Assembly: GCA_963734495.1 (NCBI GenBank) | Contig: CAVTHK010000007.1 | Coordinates: 160,001 to 224,000 of the forward strand | Source: an uncultured Spirochaetota bacterium | GTDB lineage: Bacteria; Spirochaetota; Spirochaetia; SZUA-6; CAVTHK01 | Direction: 5' to 3' | DNA length: 64,000 nucleotides | Part shown: piece by piece, positions 42,057 to 53,120 of the stretch | Numbering within the stretch: the stretch's first letter is position 1 | Layout: each line of letters begins with the position of its first letter | Position numbers and translations under genes: made by a program | The notes under the pieces: model-generated | The model's database searches: none | Told to the model about the DNA's origin: nothing | The model's input: the letters and a program-made list of their open reading frames with translations, nothing else

Positions 42057-43783
42057 CCGGGTCCCTCACCTTGACCGCGTACGCTTCGAACGTGTCGCCG
42101 AGGCGCCGCACCCTGCTCCAGGCGTCCAGCACGCGAAAGCCTGTCGACCCCGGCTCGAGGCGCTCCGCGCCCCGAAAGCGCTCGGGGTGGTGCCCAGTGA
42201 CGCGAACGCGCACGAGCCGGAATCCGAAGCGCGACGAGAACGCGGCGCGCTCGCCGCGGGTCCCAGATCGTGAAGTGGTCGGCCGGGCTCGCCTCCAGAA
42301 AGCGCGCGAGGCGCCGGCCGCGGCCCGAGACCCCGCGGGCGTTCGGCGTGGAGAACGCGAACACGCCGCCATCGGCCAGGAGCCTGTTCACGCGGCGCAG
42401 GACCGGCTCGAGCGCGGCGAAGTGCTCGATGACGTACCACATCGAGAGCACCTCGTACCCGCCCCGGCGGCCGTCGAAGTCCTCGAAGCGGCCCTCCCAG
42501 CAGGCGACGCCCAGCTTGTCGCGCACGTGCGCCACGGCCTCGGACGCGACCTCCACGCCCTGCGGCTCTGCGCCGCGCCGCTTCGCCGCGTCGAGGAAGG
42601 GCCCGTAGGCGCACCCGACGTCCAGCACGCGCAGCCCGGCAACCGGGCCGACGATCCCCTCGATCGCCGCCACCCTCGCCTGAGACGCGCGCAGGATCGA
42701 CTCGTAGTCCTCGAGGTACGTGCGGCCGTACTGGCGCGCGTAGCGCTCGAAGAAGTAGCCGTGGTCATATTCGACCGGGCCTCCGGCGAGGCGCACCAGG
42801 TAGATGAGGCCGCAGCCGCCGCAGCGGAAGTAGGCGCGGCCGTCGAAGCGCGCCAGCGCCCGGTCCGGAGCGCGGCCTCCCGCGCCGCCGCACGCGGGGC
42901 ACTCCGCGCCCGAAGGCCGCAGCGCTGCGATGGTGTCGGCGAGGCTCGAGCCGCGCGGCCGCGAATGAAACGCCTCGACCTGCACGCCGAGCGCCGCGGG
43001 GTCGGCGAGCGCCCGCACCAGCGCCGCCGGCCGCGCCCTGCGGAGGCCGACCTCGGCGAGGCCCGCGCGGCGGGCGAGCCGCGCATGCAGCCGGCTCGGG
43101 CTCACGAGGATGACGGGCACGCCCGCGGCCAGGGCCTCGAAGCAGGTGAGCCCGAAGGCCGTGATCACGAGGTCGTACTCGTGCAGCCGGTCGCGCAGGC
43201 GGTCGGGGCGCAGCAGCACGGCCACGCCGTCGGGCCAGCGCGTTTCGGCGAAGCGCGGCCCCTGCACGATCGTGATCTCTGCGGGCGGCGAGCAGGCGCC
43301 TCGAGAGCAGCAGGCGCACCAGCGGCCCGGTGATGCCCGCGGGGTCCTCGCCGCCAAAGCTCACCAGCACGCGCTCGAAACGCGCGGGCGGCACGGGCCG
43401 CGCCGGCGCGGCGGCAGCTCCAGACAGCGCCCGATGCCGCCGGTCGCCCCGTCGCGACAGCGGCGTGTCGATCAGGGCGCTCATCCAGCGCCGCGCCGGT
43501 CCGCCTTCGTCGATGCCGACGACCGGCCCCATGGCCGCGAGGCGAAGGTAGGCGGCGCGGCCGGTGCCGGAAGCGGTCGGCCACGACGAGCGCGCCGCCG
43601 TTCACCCGCGAGCCGGCGGCGAAGCGCGGCCAGCCGCCGAGCATCCCGGCGAGCGGCTCGTCAGCGTCGAGACCCGTCACGAAGGCGGCGCGGTCGCCCA
43701 GCCGCTCGGCCAGGTCGAGGCAGCGGCGGACGTGACCTGTGCCGTCGGCCTCCTGCCAGCAGCGGGGCGAGCAGCACGGTCAT
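42053..43783 (-). CDS. PseG/SpsG-like GT-B domain fused to a zinc-ribbon class I SAM methyltransferase; several frameshifts
   Basis: GTGHVRRCLDLA, VLVSFGGEDP, DLVITAFGLTCFEALAAGVP; then CPACG..CGGCG, LDVGCAYG, WYVIEH, FSTPN. Confidence 0.78.
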
Positions 43784-44466
43784 CCGGTCGTTCTCCCGCA
43801 GCCACTCCACGAGCCGATCTGTCTCGATGGGCCCGCCGTCGTAAAGCGCGGACGAAGATGCGGCGCACCCGGTCGCGGTCCTCGGGTGTGTCGACGGTGA
43901 CGTAGACGCCCGACAGCAGGCAGTCGGGCGGACACGTCGGCTCTTCGACGCGGAAGCGGTCGCGGTGCGCGTAGAGGTACTGCGTGATGTGCTCGCGGTG
44001 CGCGGGCTCGGTGGCCTCTGCGTCGGCCTCGAGCAGGGCCGGCGGTCTCGATCACCTCGACGCCGGTGCCCAGCGGACAGTGCAGGAAGTGCGAGAGGTC
44101 GGCCCGCCGCTCGCCGTGCAGGTCGAGGATCTCGCGCGTCAGCCGCGGCGAAACGAGCGGGGCGTCGCCCGTGGCCCGCACGACGCGGTCGACCTCGAAC
44201 TTCTCCGCGGCCAGCGCGTAGCGGCGCAGCACGTCCTCCGCGGGCCCCACGAAGAGCCCCAACCCCTCGGCTTCGGCCTGCGGGCGCGAGCGCGGCTGCG
44301 CTCGCCTCGTCGGTCAGCAGCGCGTGCGCGGCGGCCGGCACGAGGCTGAGGGCGCGCATCACGTGGCGCGCGATCGGGAGCCCTTCAATTTCGACGAGCG
44401 CCTTGCCAGGCGAGCCGCGTCGAGCCCATGCGGATCTGGACGAAGATGCCCGTACGCGACGCTCAC
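43780..44466 (-). CDS. SpsF-like acylneuraminate cytidylyltransferase family protein; frameshifts
   Basis: QIRMGSTRL-PGKAL, GPAEDVLRRY, VVRATGDAPL, REHIT, VTVDTPED. Confidence 0.82.
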
Positions 44467-45429
44467 TCCGGAAGCTCCCAGAGATCGGCCAGGGTGCGCG
44501 CCTCCCTGCGGAAGCGCACGCGGTTCGCCTCCACCCAGCGCGTTCGCCGCCTCGAACTCGCGCCACGAGGCGATCGGGCCGGTGTCGGAGCCGAGCAGGT
44601 AGGCGGCGAACCTGCGCCAGGGCAGCACGCCGCCTTCCGCGGCGCACGCCGACCGCCAGGTTCTTGAGGTAGGTGAGCTTGTAGCCCGCGTCGCGCGTGG
44701 TGTCCTCGGTCGCGAGCTGGCCGTAGTGCGTGAACAGCAGAGGCAGTGCGCAGCACGATGCGCTCGCCCCACAGGAAGCAGCGGAACCCGAAGTCGAGCT
44801 TCTGCCAGTAGGGATTGGCCACCTGCGGGTCGAAGCCGCCGACCCGCAGGAAGCGCTCGCGCGCGTACACGCCGCAGTAGTCATAGGGATAGAGGCACAT
44901 CATGCGGTCGCGGACCTCGGGCAGCGGGATGATCCGCGGCCGCCTGCGGATAAAGACCGGCATGTGGACGGTCGGGACCGCGTCGCCGCGCTCCGTCTGC
45001 ATCCGCGGCACGACGCACACCGCCTGCTCGGCCGCCAGCGACTGCAGCAGCTCCGGCGTGAACGCCTCGACCGCGAAGCGGATGTTGCTCCAGAGCACCA
45101 TCACCAGCGGCGAGCGGGTCTCCTGCATCGCGAGGTTGATCCACTCGCCGATCGGCGCCTCCTGCTTGAGCAGGACGAAGCGCACGTCGGGGAACTGGCG
45201 GCTGCGCGCCTCGATGTCCCAGGCGACGTCGGGCCCGCTCACGTAGACCATCTCGGCCGGCACGCGGTCGCGTACTCGCGCAGGAACTCCTCGCGGTGGA
45301 GGCGGCCTTCCCTGTTGAGCACGACGACGGCGAGAGATCCCGCCGGCCCCGGCCCTCGCCGCGCGCGGCGGGCGCCTCCCTCCGACGACGGTGTAGGCGG
45401 CTGTCAGAAGTTGAAGGTGTAGTACTCAT
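44463..45429 (-). CDS. Conserved hypothetical glycosyltransferase-like (GT-A) protein; frameshifts
   Basis: INLAM..VLWSN, YPYDYCGVY, GGFD..NPYWQKLDFGFR. The start overlaps the spiro-SPASM 3' end. Confidence 0.65.
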
Positions 45430-46916
45430 CGCAGCGCCTTGCAAATCGGGATAGTGCCTCAACGAGGTGCCGCTCGTAAGAGCTCCGCGCCGCGGCCCCA
45501 GACCGCCTCCAGCGGCTCTTTCGAGGATGTTGCCCAGCACGTGGGTGCGCCCGAGCGTCCTCGCGGCACAGCGGGCACCGTGCCGTCGATCAGGACCGCC
45601 ACGTCGCGCTTGAGGTGCCAGCAGGGAAAGCGCTTGCAGCGGCGAGAGATCGGTCACCTTGCGGTCGGGTGAGCCGGCCGGCGAAAGGTCGAGTACTTCT
45701 GGATGATCACGTTCCCGAGCGCGGCCTTCCAGTGACGGTAGAAGGCCTGCGAGGTCCTCTTCGTTCTCCCTGATCCGCACGGCCTGGACGTGGACGTTGC
45801 CGGGGAAAAGCCCCGCGAGCTCCTCGACGGTGCGGTGCGCCTCCTCGAAGCCGTCGCCTCGCAGGGCCGCGTAGACCGACGGGGCTGCGGCGCGTCGAGG
45901 GACACGATCCAGCGCGGCGGCCGGCTCGCGCGCTCCTTCAGGTGGTGCAGCACGGCGGGGTCCCACCCGACTCCCGAGGTCTCGATCAGCAGCTCGATAC
46001 CTTCGCGGCCCGTCGCATCGAGCGGCGAGCTCGAGAAAGCGGCGTGCAGCGACGGCTCGCCCCAGAGCGACACGCTCACGACGGCGTCGCCGCAGTACTC
46101 CTGGATCTGCGAGAGGATCGCAGAGAAGTCGGCGGGCTCCATCTCGCGCGCGCATGCCCGAGCTCGGGGCCGCGCATCGCCGGGTAGGGGCAGTAGGAGC
46201 AGTTCTGCGGGCATCCTTCGACGATCTGGATGTTGAAGAACGGACGGCAGCGTGCGCAGCGCCGCGCCCGATGCGCGGATCAGCGGCGAGCAGTCTGCTC
46301 TCGCCCTCGCGCGCCGCCGCAAGCCGCCTCGAGGCGGCGCAGCAGCAGCGTGTTGCGCGGGTTGTCGGCCGTCAGCGACAGGCGCAGCAGCCGCATGTCG
46401 TCGGGCGAGATGCGGGTCTCGATGTCGAACGCGTTGATGTCCCTGCGGATCGTCTCGAAGAGGCTGTCCCGGCGCACCGGCTCGTCGCTGGCGAGGGCGC
46501 GCATCGCGGGCGAGCGGCCTCGACGCGCAGGATCTCCGGCGCCATGCCGTACGGGTAGCCGTCGGCGAAGCTGTAGTCGGCAAAGTAGCGCACGTGATCG
46601 CGGGCCATCTCCGCGGCGATCCCCGCGTCGAGAAAGGGGCAGTCGCGCGTAGAAGTAGTAGAGGTGCTGCGTGGCCCTGCGCCTGCTCCTCGAGCGTCGA
46701 CGAGCAGGTCGCGCACGCTCCACGCGGGCCTCGACACCAGGCGCGCGCCCGGGGATCGGGTTCTCGCCGCCGTCGGAGAGCACGCAGACCGCGTCCACGT
46801 CGGGCAGGGCGGCGACGAAGCGGCGCACCTTGTCGAGCGTCGACTCGCCGCGGCCCAGGTCCTCACTGGACCTGCGGAGCGAGGGAGATCGCGTTGACGG
46901 CGGCGAGCATGCCCAT
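45404..46916 (-). CDS. spiro-SPASM protein (cytidylyltransferase-like N-domain + radical SAM + SPASM); many frameshifts
   Basis: DCPFLD, ADYSFADGYPYGMAPEI, DINAFDIET, intact CPQNCSYC, LWGEPSLH, IETSG, PCWHLKRD, CDEYYTFNF*. Confidence 0.85.
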
Positions 46917-47028
46917 CCTCTCCTCCATTATCGACAGGGCGCGCGGCGTCCCGAAACCCGACGGATGAGACTATCCGCAGGCCGCGCACTTGGACAAGGG
47001 TCAGCCTTGCGTGTAGACTCCTCGACCG

Positions 47029-48298
47029 ATGGTGCAAGCTCCTGAACGACGTGCGCGCATTGCGCGGCCTCTCCTTCGACCCCGCCCGCGTGCGGCAGCG
47101 TCGCCGACTGCCTCGCTCAGCCCGTACGACGTGATCTCGCCGAGGAGCAGGCGCGCTACCTCGCGCAGGAATCCCTTCAACATCGTGCACCTGACCCTCG
47201 GCGCGGCGCGGCCCTCGGACGACGACGAGGAGAACGTCTACAGCCGCGCGCGCCGCCGGCCTCGACGACTGGACCGCGAAGGGCGTCCTCGCCCCGGCGC
47301 CGCCGTTCGGTGTGGCTCTACGAGCAGCGCTTCGAGCTGCGACGGGCGGCCGCGCATGACCCGCGGCGTGCTCGCGGTCGTGCGCCTGCACGACTTCGCG
47401 GAGCGCCGCGATCCTGCCGCACGAAAAGGTGATGTCGGGGCCCGTCGAGGACCGCATGCGCCTCACCCTCGCGACGGAGGCGCAGCTCGAGCCGATCTGG
47501 GGCTTCTACCGGCAGCAGCGGGCCGGACCTGGCGCCTCGCTCGCGGTCCGGCGACCCGCAGGTCGAGTGCGACGACGCCGGCGTCCGCCACAGGGTCTGG
47601 CGCCTCTCGCGACCCGCCGCCTGCACGGGAGGTGACGGAGGCCGCGGGCCGCGGCGAGATCTTCATCGCCGACGGGCACCACCGGTACCAGACCATGCTC
47701 AAGGTGCGCGAGGAGATGCGCAGGCGCCATCCCGGGGCGGGACCGGACGCGCCGTGGGAGTTCATCCTGATCTTCCTCGTCAACGCCGACCGCGAGTCGC
47801 TCACGGTCCTGCCCTACCATCGCCTCGGTGAGCGGCAGAAAGGCCGACGGCGCGCTGATGGAGCGGCTCGGCAGGCACTTCGCGATCCGGACGGTCGAGG
47901 ACTGGCGCGGCGGCCTCTGGCTGCCGCCGGCCGCGACGGACAGGCATTCGCGCTCGCGGCCGCCGGCGGCCCGGTCCGGCTGCTCGTGCACCGCGGCGGA
48001 CGGCGAGCAGCTCGACGTGGAGCTGCTCAACGACCTGGTGCTCCGCGACGGGCTCGGCCTCACCGAGGAGGACCTGAGGCGGGGCCGCGGCGTCGAGTAC
48101 ACGCACAGCGCCGAGGCGGCGCTCGCCTCGCGTCGCGGTCAGGCCGGGCGCAGATGGCCTTCCTCATGAACCCGACGCGCCTCGACCAGATCGAGCGCTG
48201 CGCGCGGTCGGGGGGCGCCGATGCCGCGCAAGTCGTCGTTCTTCTATCCCAAACCGCTTTCCGGCGTCGTGGTCTACCCGATGCGAACGGGATCATGA
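47029..48298 (+). CDS. DUF1015 family protein; many frameshifts
   Basis: PYDVIS, LPHEK, IFIADGHHRY, MPRKSSFFYPK read across frames. Confidence 0.82.
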
Positions 48299-49621
48299 GC
48301 GCGCGCAGGCCCGGGCCGGCAGAGCAGGACCCCGATCGCGGCGAGCTCCCGTTCGGCGGCGGCGCGCCCGGCCCGGCCGGCCCTGCCCCGTCCGCGAGGG
48401 CCGCGCGCGGGCCGCGCGTCTACACGGTCTCGGAGATCACGGGCGAGATCCGCAGGAGCCTCGAGAGCGGGTTCCAGGACGTCACGGTCGAAGGCGAGAT
48501 CTCCAACTTCCGGCCGTCGGCGGCCGGTCACCTCTACTTCAGCCTCAAGGACAGCGACGCGCATCATCTCGGCGGTGATGTTCCGCAACCGCCTGTCGAA
48601 CGCTTCGCTTCCAGCCGGCCGACGGGATGAAGGTCCGCGCGCGCGGCAACCTCTCCGTCTACCCCAAGCGCGGCAACTACCAGCTCATCTGCGAGAGCCT
48701 GCTGCTCGCGGGCGAAGGCAACCTGCTGCAGATCATCGAGGAGCGCAAGCGGCGCCTCGCCGCCGAGGGCCTCTTCGACTCGGCGCGCAAGCGGCCGCTG
48801 CCGCTGTTCCCCGCGCCGCGTGGCCGTGGTCACCTCCCCGACCGGGGCCGCCATCCGCGACATCCTCCGCGTGCTCAAGCGGCGCGCCGCGGGCATCGAC
48901 GTGGTCGTGCTGCCCGCGCTCGTCCAGGGGCAGGGCGCGGCCGAGCAGATCGCGGCGCAGATCGAGGTCGCCAACCGCTTCGACATGGCCGACGTGCTGA
49001 TCGTCGGCCGCGGCGGAGGCTCCCTCGAGGACCTGCTGCCCTTCTCCGAGGAGATCGTCGTGCGCGCCGTGGCCGCCTCGCGCATCCCGGTGATCTCCGC
49101 GGTCGGCCACGAGGTCGACACCGCGCTCACCGATCTCGCCGCCGACGTCAGGGCGCCGACCCCGTCGGTAGCGGCGGAAATGGTGTCCGCGTCGCGCGAG
49201 GACCTGGTGCGCAAAGTGCGCGTCGCCTTCGAGACCCTGCGGCGGGACATGCAGCAGCGGCTCGCGAGGGCGCGGATGATCCTGGAACAGTTCGCGCCCG
49301 AGAGCCTGGAGCGCAACTTCAGGCTGCTCGTGCAGCCGCTGATGCAGCGGCTCGACGACGCGCGGGCGGCGCTCGCGCAGGGCGTCCGCGACCGCGCGCG
49401 CGACGCGCGCCACAGGCACGAGCTCGCGACCCACGACCTGATCGCGGCCTCGCCGCTCGCGATCCTCGAGCGCGGCTACGCCGTCGTCACGCGGCCGGAC
49501 ACCGGCGAGGTCGTGCGCGACGCCGAGTCGGTGACCCCGGGCGATGACCTGCGACGTGCGCGTCGCAAAGGGAAGCATCGACGCCGAGGTCAAGGAGGCA
49601 CACCCCGATGCCCAGCTTTGA
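48295..49621 (+). CDS. xseA: Exodeoxyribonuclease VII large subunit; frameshifts
   Basis: VEGEISNF..GHLYFSLKD, EGLFD, VVTSPTGAAIRD, GRGGGSLEDL, SAVGHE, APTPS, LERGYA. Confidence 0.93.
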
Positions 49622-49895
49622 AGAGAGGCTCAAGCGGCTCGAGCAGCTCGCCGAGAGCATCCAGGAGGCGGAGCTGCCGCTCGACGAGGCGGTCCGCACC
49701 TTCGAGGAAGGGATGAAGCTCTCCCGAACGCTGGAAAAGGAGCTCTCGCGCATCGAGCGCAAGGTCGAGATCCTGATCAACAACCCGGCGGAGAGCGGCG
49801 AGAAGCCCGCTCTCGATCTGTTCCCGGAGCTCGAAGGCGAAGGACGAGGCCGGCCCGGAGAAATAGGGGTCAGGGGAAGGCTTCCGGCAGCTTGA
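49608..49895 (+). CDS. xseB: Exodeoxyribonuclease VII small subunit
   Basis: FEERLKRLE..LPLDEAV..FEEGMKL; AAGGAGG RBS. Confidence 0.93.
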   Translation: MPSFEERLKRLEQLAESIQEAELPLDEAVRTFEEGMKLSRTLEKELSRIERKVEILINNPAESGEKPALDLFPELEGEGRGRPGEIGVRGRLPAA

Positions 49896-50295
49896 GCGCG
49901 GTCGCCCACGCGGGCTCCGGCGCGGTCAAAGGCGCCCTTGTTGACCTCGAGAGCGTATCGCGCCGAGCGCTGCGAGCTGATGGGCGTGAGATCGAGAGGC
50001 TTCATGTCCTCGATCTGCGAGGATCTCGCCGTCGCTCGACAGGAACGCGATCGACAGGGGGATGAGCGTGTTCTTCATCCAGAAGCTCATCCTGCGGTCC
50101 GCCATGTAGACGAAGATCATGCCCTCGCGCTCGCCGAGGCTGCTTGCGGTTCATCAGGCCGCGGGCCTGCTGCTCCGGGCTGCGGGCCACTTCGACGGAG
50201 AACTCCTCGCCGCCCACCCCGATCGTGCACCCGGTCCAGGCCGGAGCTGCACGAAGCGAGCGCGAGACGCAGGGCAAGCACCAATCGCGAGCCAT
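49870..50295 (-). CDS. DUF192 family protein; frameshifts
   Basis: [43 protein letters not shown]. Confidence 0.85.
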
Positions 50296-50297
50296 CT

Positions 50298-50880
50298 TCA
50301 GAACTGCTCCAGGAAGCGCCTGCGCGAGATGTCGTCCAGCGCCTCTTTGGCCACGCCCCGCGTGCGCTGCTCTTCGAACGTCTTGCGGTCGATGTACTTG
50401 ACCGTCAGCGGCCGCTCCAGGGAAGTCCACGGAGGCGAATCGCCACAGGACGCGCGACGGATTGAGCTCGCTGTGGGGGCCGTACTTCTCCGTGAGCCGC
50501 GTGAACAACGAATAGTAGTCGATCTGGCTCTTCGTCGAGCACGAGCGTGATCGTGAACAGCCTCCCGCCGCTGAACTGGAAGTACGCACGGGAGATGTAC
50601 GAGGTGCCGGCGCACTCGATCAGCGTCGCTGCGAGAGCGGGAGGAAGCTCACGTCGGGATCGCCGCGGTAGACGAAGTAGGGATCGTCCTGCAGGGCGCG
50701 CTTGGTCTCTTCGAGCCTCATGCCGAGCCGGATCGCGCGGAACCCGTCGGTGCCTTCGGCTCCTGTCGCGGCGACCGCAGGTGCGGGCGCGGCCGGCGGG
50801 GGCGCCGGCGGCGCCGCGGCTTGCGCGCCGGCGAGGCCGCAGAGCAGAACGAGCGCTTGGGCTGCAAACAGGTGTCTCAC
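50298..50880 (-). CDS. Hypothetical exported protein; frameshifts
   Basis: Signal peptide; FRAIRLGM, FVYRGDPDVSFL, DYYSLF..KYG, LERPLTVKYID. TTGACG promoter upstream. Confidence 0.7.
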
Positions 50881-50992
50881 GGTCGTCCCGCTCGTATTAT
50901 CGGCACGCCCGCCCCCCGTCAAGACCGCGCGCCGGTCGGGCCGGTCGGCGCCGCGCATGACAGCGCGGAACGGCTGGGCTATGATCGGGGCC

Positions 50993-52647
50993 GTGAGAAA
51001 GATCCGAACGGCGCGTCGCCTCGCGCGGGCGCTGCCGGCCGCAGTCCTGGCGCTGGCGGCCGGCTGCGCGGGCCTGCCGCAGGCCGCGCCCCCTCCGGGG
51101 CCGCGCCGGCCGCTGGAGGAGCGAGCCCGCGCCCCGCATCGACCCGCCCGACCGGCCGGGCAGCAGCGAGGTCCGCTTCGACAGCGAGCCCGAAGGCGCC
51201 GAGCTCCTGATGGACAACCGACTCCGCGGAATCACGCCCCTTCTGCTTCCCTCGCTGGCGCCCGGCACGCTACAAGATCGAGGTGCGCAAGCCTGGCTAC
51301 CGGTCCGTCATCGAATGGGTGGCCCACGCGGGCCCGGGCGCGCGCTACACCCTCGTCCTGCGAGCGGCTCTCGGGACGCCTCACCGTGAGCGTGACGCCG
51401 CCGGCCGCGCGAGTGACGCTCTCGGGCAGCCCGCTCTCTGCCGGCACCTACGAGGTGCCGGCCGGCGACGTACCGCGTGCGGCGTCGCGCCTTTCGGCTA
51501 CGTCGCCGCCGAGGGCACGGTGCGAGGTCGAAGCAGACTCCCCGGCGACGCGTCGAGATCGCGCTCGAGCAAGGCGCCGTTCGCGGCGCGCCTCGTCCGG
51601 GTCTCCCGCCGCGCGCTTCGACCCGCGGACCGGGCGGCAGACGTCGGCCGCGTCGCGTCGACTGCGAGGTGACGGCGCCTGCGACTCGGGAACGCTGCGC
51701 GTGCTCACGGAGGCGCGCGGCCGAGGTCTACGCCGCGGCCCTCGAGGCCGCCCGGACGGGCCCCGCGGCGAGCGTCGCGTGGGACGGCCGTACGCGCCGC
51801 GGGTGCGCCGGTCCCGGACGGCGTCTACAGGCTGCGGCTGGACCTGCGGTCCGCCGACGGCGGGGAGGCGCCGTCTCGAGGCGACGGTCGTGCTCGCCGC
51901 CGCGCCCTCCCCGGGCCGCTCGCGGGACAGTGGAGCGGCGTCTCGGGCCTGCAGCTCGCCCCCACCCCGGACGTCGCCGCCCCGGGGGCAGGCGCCTTCT
52001 TCTTTACGTCCGGCGTCTCATCCTCGAGCCAGGCCCGAGCGCCCCGTCGAGTCGGCCCCCGTCATGCTCGCGCTGCGTCAGGACTTTCGCCGGGCCTCGA
52101 GCTCGACGCGACGTGGGCGCGTTTCTCGTGGACGAGCCTCCCCTGCCCTTCTCCTCGCCGTCGCAGCGCTCAAACGCGCGCTCCCGTCGCCCGCGTCCGG
52201 CCGTCTCGCTCGCGGCGACGGCAGGGCGTCTCTGCAGGACGGCAGCGGGAGCGACCCGTTCACGGCGTTCACGGGCTCGGCCTCGGTCTGCCGTCGCCGG
52301 CTGCGGGCCGCCCGCTGCTGCTGTCCGTCGGCCCGAGGTGTTGCTCTCGCCGTGGCGCGTGACCGGCGACGACACCTACGCGACGATCCCCGCTCAACAT
52401 CTGGGCCTACCTGCGGGCCGGCGTCGCCGCGCGGCTTCCCGACCTCACGGTCGGCGCTCTCGGCCGCCGCGCGCACGGCGCCCTTCGCCGACGGAGCGGC
52501 CTGGCGACGCCGCTCGCCCTCGCTGCCGAGGCGCACTGGTCGCCCGCGCGGCCGGCTCGTCGTCGACTCTGTGGGCGGGCGCGCAGATTCGCCGAGATGC
52601 GGTCGACCGGGCTCCTGCTGGCCGTCGACTTCGGCTATCGCTACTGA
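50993..52647 (+). CDS. PEGA-domain lipoprotein, heavily frameshifted
   Basis: Lipobox-like LAAGC; DSEPEGAEL..ITP..YKIEVRKPGY PEGA pattern; later WDGR..DGVY Ig motif. Confidence 0.6.
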
Positions 52648-52964
52648 GGCCGCAGCAGAAGGAACAGGAAGACCGAGCAGGACGAGCAGCAGGACCACGC
52701 TGCTCGCGAGGTAGAACCACCTCGGGAGCGGCGGCTTGCGCGGCCTGCGCGGCTTTCGCGGCCGGGCGTCCCCCGCTGCGCCGGACCGTTGGCGGCTCCC
52801 CGATAGCCGCACGAGGGGCAGCCGCTGCCGAACAGGGACGCGTCGCCTTCGAAGCCGCAGACGGGGCACACCACCGCCGTGAAGCGCCTGCCGCAGTGCG
52901 GGCAGGTGTCGTGCTCGAGAGGCACGTGACGTCCGCAGTTGTCGCAGCGGAAGCGCGCTTTCAC
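52641..52964 (-). CDS. Double zinc-ribbon protein with probable C-terminal TM helix (frameshifted)
   Basis: Four CxxC pairs (CDNC, CPHC, CPVC, CPSC); hydrophobic WFYLASSVVLLLVLLG in an adjacent frame. Confidence 0.72.
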   Translation of the reverse strand: MKARFRCDNCGRHVPLEHDTCPHCGRRFTAVVCPVCGFEGDASLFGSGCPSCGYRGAANGPAQRGTPGRESRAGRASRRSRGGSTSRAAWSCCSSCSVFLFLLLRPQ

Positions 52965-53120
52965 CGGGCCCAACTCTAGAAGCGCCCGTGCAGGCTGTCA
53001 ACTCCTGTCAACGGCGTCGGGCGCGGCGAGCCGCGGCGAGGCCGGCCGGCGCGTTGGCGCGGATAACCGGCCTCGCGGGGGATTGCCACGATGTCGCCAC
53101 GGCGGGTATAAGGACCGCAC

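Noticed and set aside
41600-52650. Mass pseudogenisation or programmed frameshifting
   Set aside because: Single-base indels hit housekeeping genes (xseA here, pckG elsewhere) while catalytic motifs and codon bias stay intact and no slippery motifs recur. Low-coverage long-read error is the simpler explanation. Read mapping would settle it.
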